64,000 bases of DNA from the human T2T-CHM13v2.0 reference genome, Homo sapiens, in assembly GCF_009914755.1 (NCBI RefSeq), contig NC_060926.1. One strand, written 5' to 3'. Of the stretch, positions 40,186-52,500 are shown one piece after another. The translations under genes were made by a program, and so were the position numbers. A model generated the notes under the pieces. The model worked only from the letters and a program-made list of their open reading frames with translations. It was not told the origin of the DNA and searched no databases. The stretch's first letter is position 1. The number at the start of each line of letters is the position of its first letter.

Positions 40186-41212
40186 ATGTAGAAATGTGGG
40201 TGCTTTACACTGTTAAAATCTGCACAGGGAAAGATAACCCTGTGAAATACTTAGTTTAAAAATTGGTTTGTTATAGGCTAGTTTCTTTGAGGTCTTGCTA
40301 ATTTGCGTGAGTGACACATAAGGAGAAGAAAAGCAGCTGCTTAAAATGCATAAATTATTTGAAACTGATAATGAACCAGGTAAAACTTAAATTACTCAAT
40401 CCATTTAGTTTTCCTTTCTTGGAGTGGAGGTGGAGCTGGTGAAAGACAACATGACAGTTGTTTATATATCTGGGAAGAAATAAATCCTGTTAATGTTATT
40501 AAGCTAAGTTTGAATTAATGGCAATACATTGCAGTCAAATGAGCGGAGTAAAAATAAAACATATTAGCAGCTGCAGTTGGAGTAGTAGTTTGATGAATTA
40601 GATAGTTTGATAAATTAGATCTCATTCAAGGGTTGACTTACATAGCTTAAACTTCAGGAGGGCTTGGTTTTCCTCCTTTCTCTAATTCTGAGTTTGATTT
40701 ATTGATTAATTCTTTTCTTTCCCTAGAAAAAAAACCCAGTAATTATAATTAAATACTGTTTTAAAAATGATCTAAAAGTGCTTGAGTTTTATTTTTAATG
40801 AAAAGATAATACGTTGAAGTGGGTAAGAATAAAGCAGAAAAGGCAGTGAAAAGTCTCCCTTCCGCTCCCAAGCCAGACCACAAAGCGGCTCCCCTCTACA
40901 CAACCAACCACCCTTTGGAGATAGTTGTATGTAAGCAAACACACAGTGATGGTCCTCTTCCTTCCACTAAGATGGTAGCACATTAAGGACGCTATTCTGA
41001 TTTTCTTTTAAACACAATAACACATCTGAGAGATCTTTCTGTATCCATACATAAAGAGCTTCCTTATTGTTATTGTTTAATGGCCACGTAGTATTCCGCT
41101 CTATTAATTTACCGTATTTATTTCACTAGTTCCTGTTGATAATAGGTACATTACTTAAACAACTTTTAATTTAATTCATTAAATAAGTAATACACTAATA
41201 TGTTTCAACAAT

Positions 41213-41395
41213 TATATATGTTTTATATATGTATATATATTTATATATATACATATATACACATATATATGTGTATGTATATATGTGTATATATACACAT
41301 ATATATACACACATATATATGTGTATGTATATATGTGTATATATATACACATATATATGTGTGTATATATGTGTATATATACACACATATATACA
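41213..41395. repeat. Compound (TA)/(TG)/(CA) microsatellite
   Basis: About 180 bp of almost uninterrupted alternating purine-pyrimidine sequence. Confidence 0.95.
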
Positions 41396-41494
41396 AACAT
41401 CTTGTGCTCATTCATGTCATCAACCACTCCAGTGCCCTCACCACCACACATACACTCAGGTAAAAACTTTATAGTTATATATATTTATTATTAT

Positions 41495-41621
41495 TATTTT
41501 AAATTTTAATTTTTTTGGATACATAGTAAGTATATATATTTGTAGGGTACATGAAATGTTTTTATACAGGCATACAGTGTGAAATTAGCATGTCATGGAG
41601 AATGGGATATTCATCCCCTCA
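41495..41621 (-). mobile_element. L1MA-type 3' end fragment
   Basis: TATATATTTGTAGGGTACATG...TACAGGCATACAGTGTG...ATGGAGAATGGG...ATCCCCTCA. Confidence 0.7.
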
Positions 41622-42851
41622 TTTTAGATATAGTCTCCAAAGTTTCCTTATGCATATAGAAGTAAATACAAATGTAGATTTGTAATTTTCCTCTCTTATT
41701 ACAGAAAAGGTAGCCTCCTAGACACAGTATTCTGTGTTTTGCTTTGTTTACTCAACAAAATACCTTGGAATTTTTTATATCACAGAGAGCTTCTTCAATT
41801 TTTGTTCATTTTAACAATTGCATAATCTTCAACTGTGTGGATATAGCATATTTTATTCAGTTGGTTCTGTATTAATTAATAGTCATCAAAAACTATTTTG
41901 CCTATTCAAATGCCCTGTGGCTTAACCTGCTGTGACTATTGTCTGGCACAGAGAATATTTGATGACTTCAGTTTAAGCTTAACTGCTTCTTTACTTTCAC
42001 TAAAGGTTTTTCACACTAAGGGTTAAATATCTGCTGAATTTTGTTATTCTGCACATGGTAGAAACCTCTTACCTTAAGCATCATAAATAGTCTCTCTGAA
42101 TATTATTGAAATGCTGTTGCCACCACAACGAGGAATTACAAAATATGTTGTAGCAATTATTACATTACTCTTCTCTATTGATTGAGCTGTTACAGATGGT
42201 ACCAGATGTGAGTGTGCTGAGAATGCCTGACAATACCCAAGGAATTTGTTTTTAATCTTTTTTTTTTCCTTTTGGGTGTGAAGAAAGTGAAGTCTCCAAT
42301 ATTCATTGATTTTTAAAATGTTCCCTGATCAGGGTCCAAAATGATAATTCCCAATGATCCCTAATTAATTACTTCAAGAGCTAGAGTCCTGTATCACTAA
42401 ATAATACAGAATATGTACAAACCTTTTAGATTTGTTTTAGTGGAAACAATTTACATATCACATACAATACTATAAAATCCTTCTTATGCAAGAGCCATTA
42501 TTAGAAGACATTTATTAAAAAAGCTTAACATAAATTATGGTAAAGTGGCTTTGGCTCTAAGATGGTTAAAATTGACACAATCAGGGGAGGGAAGGGATTC
42601 ATCTACTTTTCTAAAATAGAGACATATTTTGCAATCAAGATAGGGCAGATTTTGCTATTTTAGAGAGGATCTTCAATTCCAACGTATAGTTACAATGGTG
42701 GGAATAGTCTCTACCAAACATAGCTGGGCAGCATAAAGTAAAAGAAATAGAATTGAAATATAACAGTAGTTATTTAGTTTTCACTTAAGGATGGGTTTCT
42801 GAGGGTGTAAACTTTGTTACTAAACAGGCACGCCATAGATTTTAAGCTTCA

Positions 42852-43300
<449 letters not shown>

Positions 43301-46300
43301 TTCATACAGCTCAGCCACTTATACGCAGGCACTTCTCTAAAGCTTTTGATTCTCACTTCTGATTTGCCCCATCTTTAAGGCATGTTCTGCTGTCACATTG
43401 AGGTGAGATGTCAGATGAGATCTTGGGAAATAATTATGAAAGCCTGAGTGTTGGGAGGCCACCTCTCTCTACCCATTTGGCAAGGTGCTCTGGTTGTTTT
43501 TGTGAGAGTTACACAGAGAACAGAGATGGGGAAGGCCTAGTAGCCCCTCAAAGGCCTCTCTAATTTCTGTGCTGTGGCAGGGCACTGATTCCTTTTGTCC
43601 TGGAAGTCACAAGACTGCCATCAGAGTATTCCTTCCACTGGTTGAACAGCACAATGTGGGATAAAGAACATAAACTCAGTATCGTCTGCTGAAACTCTAC
43701 TCCTTCAGCCGGTCATATTTTTCTGAGCACCCAGAGGAAATGGTGGGAAACTGATGACCAGTTTATAGGAATTTAAAAGGGTGCTTTTCATTTCTAATTC
43801 CTACATCCTAAAGTAGCTATATAGTAACCTGTCAAGCGTTTTCTTATTTCTTTAATACATGTAATAAAGAATGGAGAAAAATAGGGTTATGCAAATAAAA
43901 GCTGTATTTTGACTAGTTTGTGTATGTATTATAAAGAATTCATAAGCTATCATAAGGCTGTGTGATACATACAGAAGAATCAAAACAGCATTCAAAGAGT
44001 ATGCCCTTCAGAAAAGGTCAAAGAAAGCCAAGCCTATGGTTTAGAAATGGTAACAATGTACAGATTTAATAAAAAGTTTTAGTTTATGGCTGATTTTTAA
44101 AACTATATAAAGTCTAAATAGAGGTGTGAAGTAAGCAATATATAAATATAGGTCTGAAATTTTTCTTGTGTTTATAATCTTTGATCTTCAGGAGAGGGAC
44201 TACATTTTTATTCACTATTTATCCCTGGCAGATATTAGACACTTAATATGCTTGATGAATAAATGAATGAATTAATGAATTAGCTAATGTTAGGGTCTAA
44301 AAACTCTTGACAAATTATAACATTTACAATATTTTCAATGTGAAAATAGCAAGACTCATATCTACAACTTGAATGTCAAATGTCTTATGGTTGGGTGATA
44401 AATCTGAAAGCAAGACAAAAAGAATTCTTCAGTATTTTAGGAAAAAACTGTAAATGCCATCCATAAATTTGCTGCCTATATAAAATGCAGACTTTTGATT
44501 AAATATGTAACAAAAGATATGTCTTATGACCATATTACTTACAATTAGTTAATAATTGTAAATAATATGCTACAAGCGGCAATGAGTTAATAATGTGTCA
44601 TTAATAACATGCAAACAAAACCTAAGCTAGACTCCTAGAGTAAGTACAGTGAGGCAAACACCTATACTACTCTTTCCTCTTAGTTTTTTCTTTTTGTAGA
44701 TGTTAGGAGCCAAGATAGAAACAAAAATAAAAATACATTTTCAAGTAGTACATTTAGCTCATTTACATTATTATCTGGAGATCTTATAAAGTAATATTTT
44801 ATTTTGAGTGATTTTTGCAAGCAATTTGAAATTAAACCTTTTCCTTGCACCTGTAAAAATGTGTAAATGATGGAACTGGCAGCATGATGATCACTTTACA
44901 GAGAAGCATTTCCTTCATCATCTTCAAGGTCATGCAGATTTATGATCTAATCACCCATGGCTCTTTAACAGGATGCATTTGAATTTGATTAAAAAGAAAA
45001 ACAAGGAGCTGTATGGATTTATTAATAAAATGTGCCTGACCTTTTCACTTATCTACCTCTTTCAACATATTGTGAGTTTAAACCAGAAGGGAGTTTCTGG
45101 GATTTTAATCTTGAATGTTTCAGCTTCAGAGTTGCTTCAGAGTTGCTTCAGGAGTCCTTGCCTACCTATCGGTGTATGTGGATCATGGAGGGCTATCTAT
45201 TTTCCCCCTCTTTCTCTTTGGGGTTTAATTACTTCACCTACGTCCTAATTCAGGTAACTCATAAAGCTTAGCCTTTGTTGTAGGTCCAACAGCTGTCTTA
45301 TGTCAGTAGCAAGTAAAATGTTCACAACATATCGGAATGCTGCAAGACGGTTTATAGCGCTGCAATAAAAGGTAAATTGAATTTACAAAGATGCATTTGT
45401 CACTGATTAAAAACTTACAAAGTTAATTGGAAACACTGTGGAGGTGTTACCACACAACTCGAGGTGTAATGGGTGGTTCTAATTCAGCCTGGAGGAGAGT
45501 TGCCGGTCCCATTATAGTCTCACACAGTAAGATGCCCAGCGACGCCATCCAATTTAAGTAGCAAAGCAACACAGTAAAGATTTAACGTAGTTTTAATATG
45601 AGGTGAGTGTAAATTTACTCACAATTATTCTTGAAAATAGCTAGAGGAGACAGCTTTCTGTGTTACAGAAACACTGAATGTGTTAATCGCATGACTTCCC
45701 CTTGCAAAACACATTGAAGGGATTTTATTTTCCCTATCTGCAACTTTTCTTATTTTCCTGCCGTTTGCATTGGCAGCACCATGACAAGAAGCATATCAGT
45801 TGAGAAGAAAAAAATAAGAGTGAAACAACCAGCAATGTGAAGTTAGCAGGACCCTCCCTTGGGACTTTGGTGAATTATCTCCACATAATTCACTTAACCT
45901 TTGCCATTTGGAGACTTGGGAAACTGAATGTATTTCTAAACTTGAGGCTTTTAATTGCTGGTTTTAGTGTCACTAGTCCAGCTCAGTTGGAGAGATGATG
46001 ATTGAAAAACAGTTCTAGGAGGCTTTTCACCTCTGGTGCGCATCCTGGATATAATTAAGTTGGTGGCCTGGGTGGCTTTTAGATTTCTGCAGACAGGAGT
46101 GAACAGTTAAGGCCCAAGTGATGGGCCTTATGTAAACATTGTGTGTGTGTCTTGAGTTGAATACCTTTAATTTTAATTTTGGACTAGATTTTTGTTAAGA
46201 GATTAAAAGGCAATATAATGAAACTGAGTAATTGCCTTTGGTAAACTCATTATACCAATAACCAGTACCAAGTTATCATGGAGTCATCACATTTTTGGAC

Positions 46301-46589
46301 TGGAGTCTTAGAGATCATGTTTAAATTCAATCTCTTGCACTGAATTTGATATATATTTTAATTTTAATTTTTATATAATCTATACTGTATACTTTTAAAT
46401 AGTTTAATACTGTTTACCAATAGTGTTTTTGGTATCAGAGGTGGTAGTGACTATGGAATTTTCATATGTATCTAATTGGTTACCTAAGCTGGATGGACAG
46501 AGTTTTAAGTCTGATTGATTCTCCTAGTCAAGTATAGGCTATATAGTCTAAAGGAGACCATATAGCCACATAAATCTATGTATTTTTAA

Positions 46590-46820
46590 AACTAATATTT
46601 ATTGAATGCTTGCTATGTGCTAAGTGCTTGTTGTGTTTAGCCCCATTTAATCCTCACAACAATGCTATAAGGCAAGTGCTATCATTATTCCTGTTGTACA
46701 GATGAGAAATCCGAGATTCTAAGATGTTAGGTGACTTGTCCAAGTAAGCATTGCAGCCAGGATTTGCACCTTGCATTGTCCAGTTACAGAGGAATGGCTC
46801 TTTGGTATACGGCCTTATTA
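46590..46820 (-). mobile_element. MIR
   Basis: ATTTATTGAATGCTTGCTATGTGC, CATTTAATCCTCACAACAA, TACAGATGAGAAA, GTGACTTGTCCAAG. Confidence 0.8.
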
Positions 46821-46964
46821 CCATTGCATTTGTATGTCACAGGCCTATTGCAAATATGTAGAGGCAACTATTTCCCTGACCTTTGCTGGTTCCTCAGGAT
46901 TGGGGGACTAGCTGGCATCAGTAATTAGTTGAGTATTAGGAGCAAAAGTCAAGTTCATTTCTAA

Positions 46965-47180
46965 GAGTTAATGCAGTATGGAAGGTGCACAGAATTTGAT
47001 ATTTGAATCTCAAAGTTTTCCCTGACAGTCTTCTATTGATTTAAATAAGTCAACTTCTTAAAACTTCAGCTTTTTAATCCATAAAATTGGGATAGTACAC
47101 CCTATGGGCATTATTGTGAGGATCAAGTGAGATAACATGGGGAAAACATTGGCTAAACAGTAAAGTCCTATTTAAATATT
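46965..47180 (+). mobile_element. MIR
   Basis: ATAAAATTGGGATAGTA, TTGTGAGGATCAAGTGAGATAA. Confidence 0.6.
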
Positions 47181-47753
47181 AGTTACAATTTTCTTCTTTT
47201 TCATATAACACCATTTTCAGGATTTTTAGCAAAATCTCTCTTATAAAGTAGTTGCACTCACAAGCTGCTTGATGAACTGACTTTAGTAGACTTGGATGGA
47301 GCAATGAATAAGGATCACTGGTTCCAATCCTAGGAGCACTAATTTGACCTGTAGTTACCTGTTTGTTTAGAATTTTCCAGCAGAGCTTAGGATACCTATG
47401 AGGAAATTGTCTTCTTGAATGATGCATATGCATTGTCAAAGGAACCAATCACTTTGTAACCACAGAGAAACTTGGAGGTAGAGGTAGATTTCAAGTTAAA
47501 AAACCGAAAGTTTGCAGAATTTCATTAGAATGTCTGAAAAAATCAGATAGGCATCATTACAGAATGAATGTTAGTTATTGTATACCTGAGATGGAAAGTG
47601 TGGTTCAGCCCAGGAAAGTGCCCCAGCCAAGCAGGGAGCTCCATTTATCTTAATTCTTTCTACTTTTCTTAAGCTTCTTTCTTTCTTTTCATCTTGTATC
47701 TGTGGCCTATTGAGTTTGTAAGGTCCTTATTTTTAAAACTGTCCTTTTGTTGA

Positions 47754-48143
<390 letters not shown>

Positions 48144-48642
48144 TCTTGGCTTCCATTCTTAACAAGAAGCCAGGAGCATCTGAATGATTTCAATCTAGAG
48201 ATAATTTAAAGAAAACAAATTTTAATCTTCACTCTTTTTCCCACCAAGCTCTTGGTGAAACAGTCAACATGTTGTAAAATGGCCAGAAGCTAGGGTGAAA
48301 TTCACAAACTTAATGATCAATTCTCAAAATCTATGTATTTGAGACCAACTTCCCCATGAAATATAGATTACTATTATTCTATTCTTTTTTATGAATAAGA
48401 AAATCAAGGTTATAAGAGATTAAAGGACTTGTCTGAGATTAGTAAAATCCAGCAGGGAAGTGCCTGGGATTTATATGACAAATCCTTTTAGAGAAGTGCT
48501 CATAGACAGTTTTCTGCCACAAAGGATAACAATAAACACATTCATATTATCATCTTTGAACCTAAGGAAGTAGCATCACATTGAACAAACAAAAATAAAT
48601 TTATTGATATATATGTATTGATTCACATAAAAACAATTCTGT

Positions 48643-48734
48643 TTTAAAAGCATGTATCTCAACAAATCCTTATCTTTTGAAAATACGATTTAAAAGCATG
48701 TATCTCAACAAATCCTTATCTTTTGAAAATATGA
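48643..48734. repeat. 46-bp tandem duplication
   Basis: TTTAAAAGCATGTATCTCAACAAATCCTTATCTTTTGAAAATA(C/T)GA twice, one mismatch. Confidence 0.95.
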
Positions 48735-49381
48735 TAAGGCAAGTAAAAAATACAAGATAAATTATGGGCTAGAAGGAAAAGTCTGAACAAAAAAATAGTA
48801 AAATAAGTAAGAGTAAACTTTCCTTTTTTTCTAAGTAAGGTGTGTTCTCTAATCTTAGAGAGTTACCTCTGGGTGAGACAAAGATCCAAGAGATCTTAAG
48901 ACTTGAATGACTTTATAATAATATTTTAAATTCTTCTGCAACCTTTTTTGATTAAGGATTTGAAAATATTTATGAACAAATGGGCTCAAATTTCTTACTA
49001 CTTTTAGAAGATATTGGTAATACATACATATTATCCAAGTTATGCTAACTCCAGGCAGAGGAGCTGATCAGCTAAAAGACATCAATATGCATTTTATATT
49101 TATGAGGTAAGGGCCTTCCTTATCACTGACTCTACAGTACTATACTTCTTTTTCATATAGCTGAATTTTTACTTTAGATAGTATGGGATCATCTTTTAAT
49201 TTAGAAATTAGTTTAGATACCAGTAAAGATGAGTAGCTGTGTAGTTTGAACAGTCACATAACCTCTTTGGGTCTTAGTTTTTTTCCTCTTTGAAGCACAT
49301 ATGTATACAGGAGTGAGGACTGAGAAAAAGGGTAAGATACACAAGCTCAACATTTCTAAAACTCTCTTCCAAGGAACACTG

Positions 49382-49550
49382 GCAGTGGTGGGCTAGAGCC
49401 AGAAGCTTGGGAGCCAGTGATGTCATATTGGCAGTTTGTTACTGGCCATGGTTGGGATTATTTACACCATGGAAATGGACACGTGCTACAAACCAGGCCC
49501 TCTCCCTTTCCCAAGAGCTGGTTGTTAAGCATTTGCCAGCATATCTCTAG
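49382..49550 (+). mobile_element. MER63A-like hAT MITE
   Basis: CAGTGGTGGGCTAGAGCC...CAGTGATGTCA...ATTTACACCATGGAAATGG...GAGCTGGTTGTTAAGCATTTGCCAGCA. Confidence 0.7.
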
Positions 49551-52500
49551 TGTTTACAAATATTCTTTGAAAAAAAAGCGTTCTACTGTCAAATAAATTT
49601 TGGAAGCACAGGGTTAGACAAACTTAGTTCCTTTCTCCCTTCATCCCTCCTTTCCTTCTTCTTTCCTTTCTTCTTTCTCTTGCCCTGACAAGAAATGTGA
49701 TTCTTAAGGACATCAAAGAAGAGATATATAGCACCTTACATTATAAAACTTGGTAGAAATGCTCGTAAGACATATCTCTTAATTTTTAAATTTACATTCC
49801 TCATTGGGACTGATCACATCTTTCCCCAAGTCTCTTCTCTTTCTTCACTTTCTCTGAGATCTATTTCATCATTTATTATACAAGTAGCATGCAATATTTT
49901 TGTACAAAACAATATTTTTATATAAAATAATAAAAAGTACAAATATATTTAGAGAGTAAAATGTAAACTCCCCCCTTGTTTTTTTTTTCAACAGCAGATC
50001 TTCTCAGCCTTATTACTGCTAAAATGTGCACCACAAGCTCCCAGAAAAAATTTTCAAATTTTATCTGAACACAGACATTGTTCCCTTAAACACCTATTAA
50101 CATGTTTAAGTACATGAATATTTTTTGGAAGGCAGTTGCAGAAATAATGGATGAGTGGATTTCTAAGAAACCCCTGTGTTGCAAAATTATACCAAGTGTA
50201 TGATGCTAAAGATGGCAATTACTTTAGATACAGGATGAACCACGTGATACATAGAGGTTCCGTTTTTGGATATGTTTGTGAAATAAGAACAAATGATTCT
50301 GTTGATTTACTTTTAGGATGGGAATGATTTTTACTGTTTTCAAGTGTTGAAGTGCTCAGCTCTCTTTTGGTGGTTATCTAGAGATATCATAGGTATGGAA
50401 GATTTTGTGAAATTTCAAGGAGATGCTGTTGCTCTAACCCAAAACATCCTAGAAATGGAGTCTGTATGTAGTGATTCTTGAAGTGGAAAATTAAATACAT
50501 TAAGAACTAAGTGTGTTTAAGAATATATCTACAGACATTTACAGATAGATATGAGATAGGCAGACAGGTCAATTGATTGATTGATCAATCAATAAATATA
50601 AATATAGTTTTAAAGTTTCCAGAAGAAACTTTGGATCCACGAATTCTATTTAAAGCCTGGCTTTTACTTCTTTTGATCCTGTTCACTAAATTTAAATTAT
50701 TTCTGCGGTACATTTGCAAGTTTTTATGTCCACTGCTTCAACTAGTGTTAAGGGAGGTTATAAGACTATACTTTCCTCTTAAGAAAAATTTATCCAATTA
50801 ACCCTTTTGATTTGTTGTCAGATCTTTTAAAGATAAATTGTAGATAAAGTATGGTTATGAAAACAGTTTACTTGCCTGTGAAATATGGTATAATTACTAA
50901 GTATAATATGAGTACCTGGTTCAGTACCTTACTCATACTGGGCTCATACTAGAGTTCTTGTTAGTTTGAATTAGTATATGGATTCTGATAACTGCTATTA
51001 AAATAAGGTGTAATGTTAAAAGAGTAAAGTAAAGCAAAAGGCCAAGGGAGATGACAACATGGATTAAAGGAATTATTGAACTCTTATTGTAGAGTACACA
51101 CATAAATCTTAAGGATCGCCTTTTTTAAACTCACCCTGTATCTTATTGAAGTAAGCAATAAAAAACTCAGTCTGGTCTCAGTGTTCTAAATGCTACTGCT
51201 GAAAGGGTGTTAGACTGAAGGAATCCAGTGGTAAGCTGTAAGTGACACATGCACAGAACTGTTAGCAATTAACCTTTTTCTCCCTCTTGGAATTCACAAG
51301 GGACAGGGCCCACAGGAAGTTAGAGTTAGCTTTCTTCTCCTTTTAGTTAGGAGTAAATGCCTTTTGCAGAAAATACTGCCTGCTGACTATATTAAAGATA
51401 AAATTGAGAATAATTTAATGCAACCTCACTATCCACAGGTTCGTTAAGTGTTGAAAGAAATTGGCATGAATAGAGAGTGGGAAGAGTTACTCTTAAGAGT
51501 GTAGGTACTGAATTTTGAAATCCGAGGCCAACTGAACAGGGCAAATGAGGATATTACTAACAAACTCTTGTCAAAAGCAAAGATAAGTGAGGGTGATTTT
51601 CCAATTATTTCTGAATATTCCTAAGGAACAGATTATAAATTCCTGCCTACTTTGAGGATAAATGTACACAAAATGCCAGTTTTACTGCAATGGAGAGACT
51701 TTTTATTTACTCTCCTTCTCCCAAAAAGAGATAGTCTCAGCTTAACAGAACTGAGTTCTATGAAAACATAATTGTTTTTAGGAAAAGAAAGAATAAAAGA
51801 TGAAATTAGCTGAATATCTGTTATAGGAAATTAAAATTATTCTTTGAAAGCTCAATACAATTTTGTGAGCTATTGTATACCTAGTGTCCAACACATATTA
51901 GGCACACAATACATATTTACTGAGTAAATCGTAAACAAATGAATGCATGATTTTTTTTTTCAATGTAGGTAGGTAGAGAGGCCAGTGAGAAAATAGAAAA
52001 AAAATATTGAAAAATAACTAGAAGTCCTTATACATACCCAATACAAGTTGACGGGTTTAATTTTCTTTTGGCAAATTAATGTTACTCTTCTTTATAATAA
52101 AACATAGTTCCATCTTGCTTAGCTAATACTTGTGATCTTATTGTATTTTTCCCTTTATTTAAAAACTCTTATTTCCACCAGTGATAACAATCAACCGTAA
52201 TGCCATGAATGTTGGAGAAACCTCTCTTCCGGGGAAGTGGATAGCCCTAATTCACAGCAGGGCCATGTTGCTGTGGAGAGAACTCCTAACCCCAACGGTC
52301 TGTAAGAACCGTCCCCACGATGACACACCTCCGCTGATTGTCCAGTCACCTTCTGTCACTTCTTCAGATCCCACTTCCTGTCTGCAATCCTGTTTGCTCT
52401 TGTATCTGTGGTTCTCAAGTCCCTCCGCCCTGTGCTCTCTTCACAAGTGCACATTCTACAGCAGGAGGGCATACCCACTCTCAGCCTCACTTTCCAGCCG

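Noticed and set aside
41195-41509. Y/I/H/C-rich ORFs
   Set aside because: Translations of the TA/TG microsatellite.
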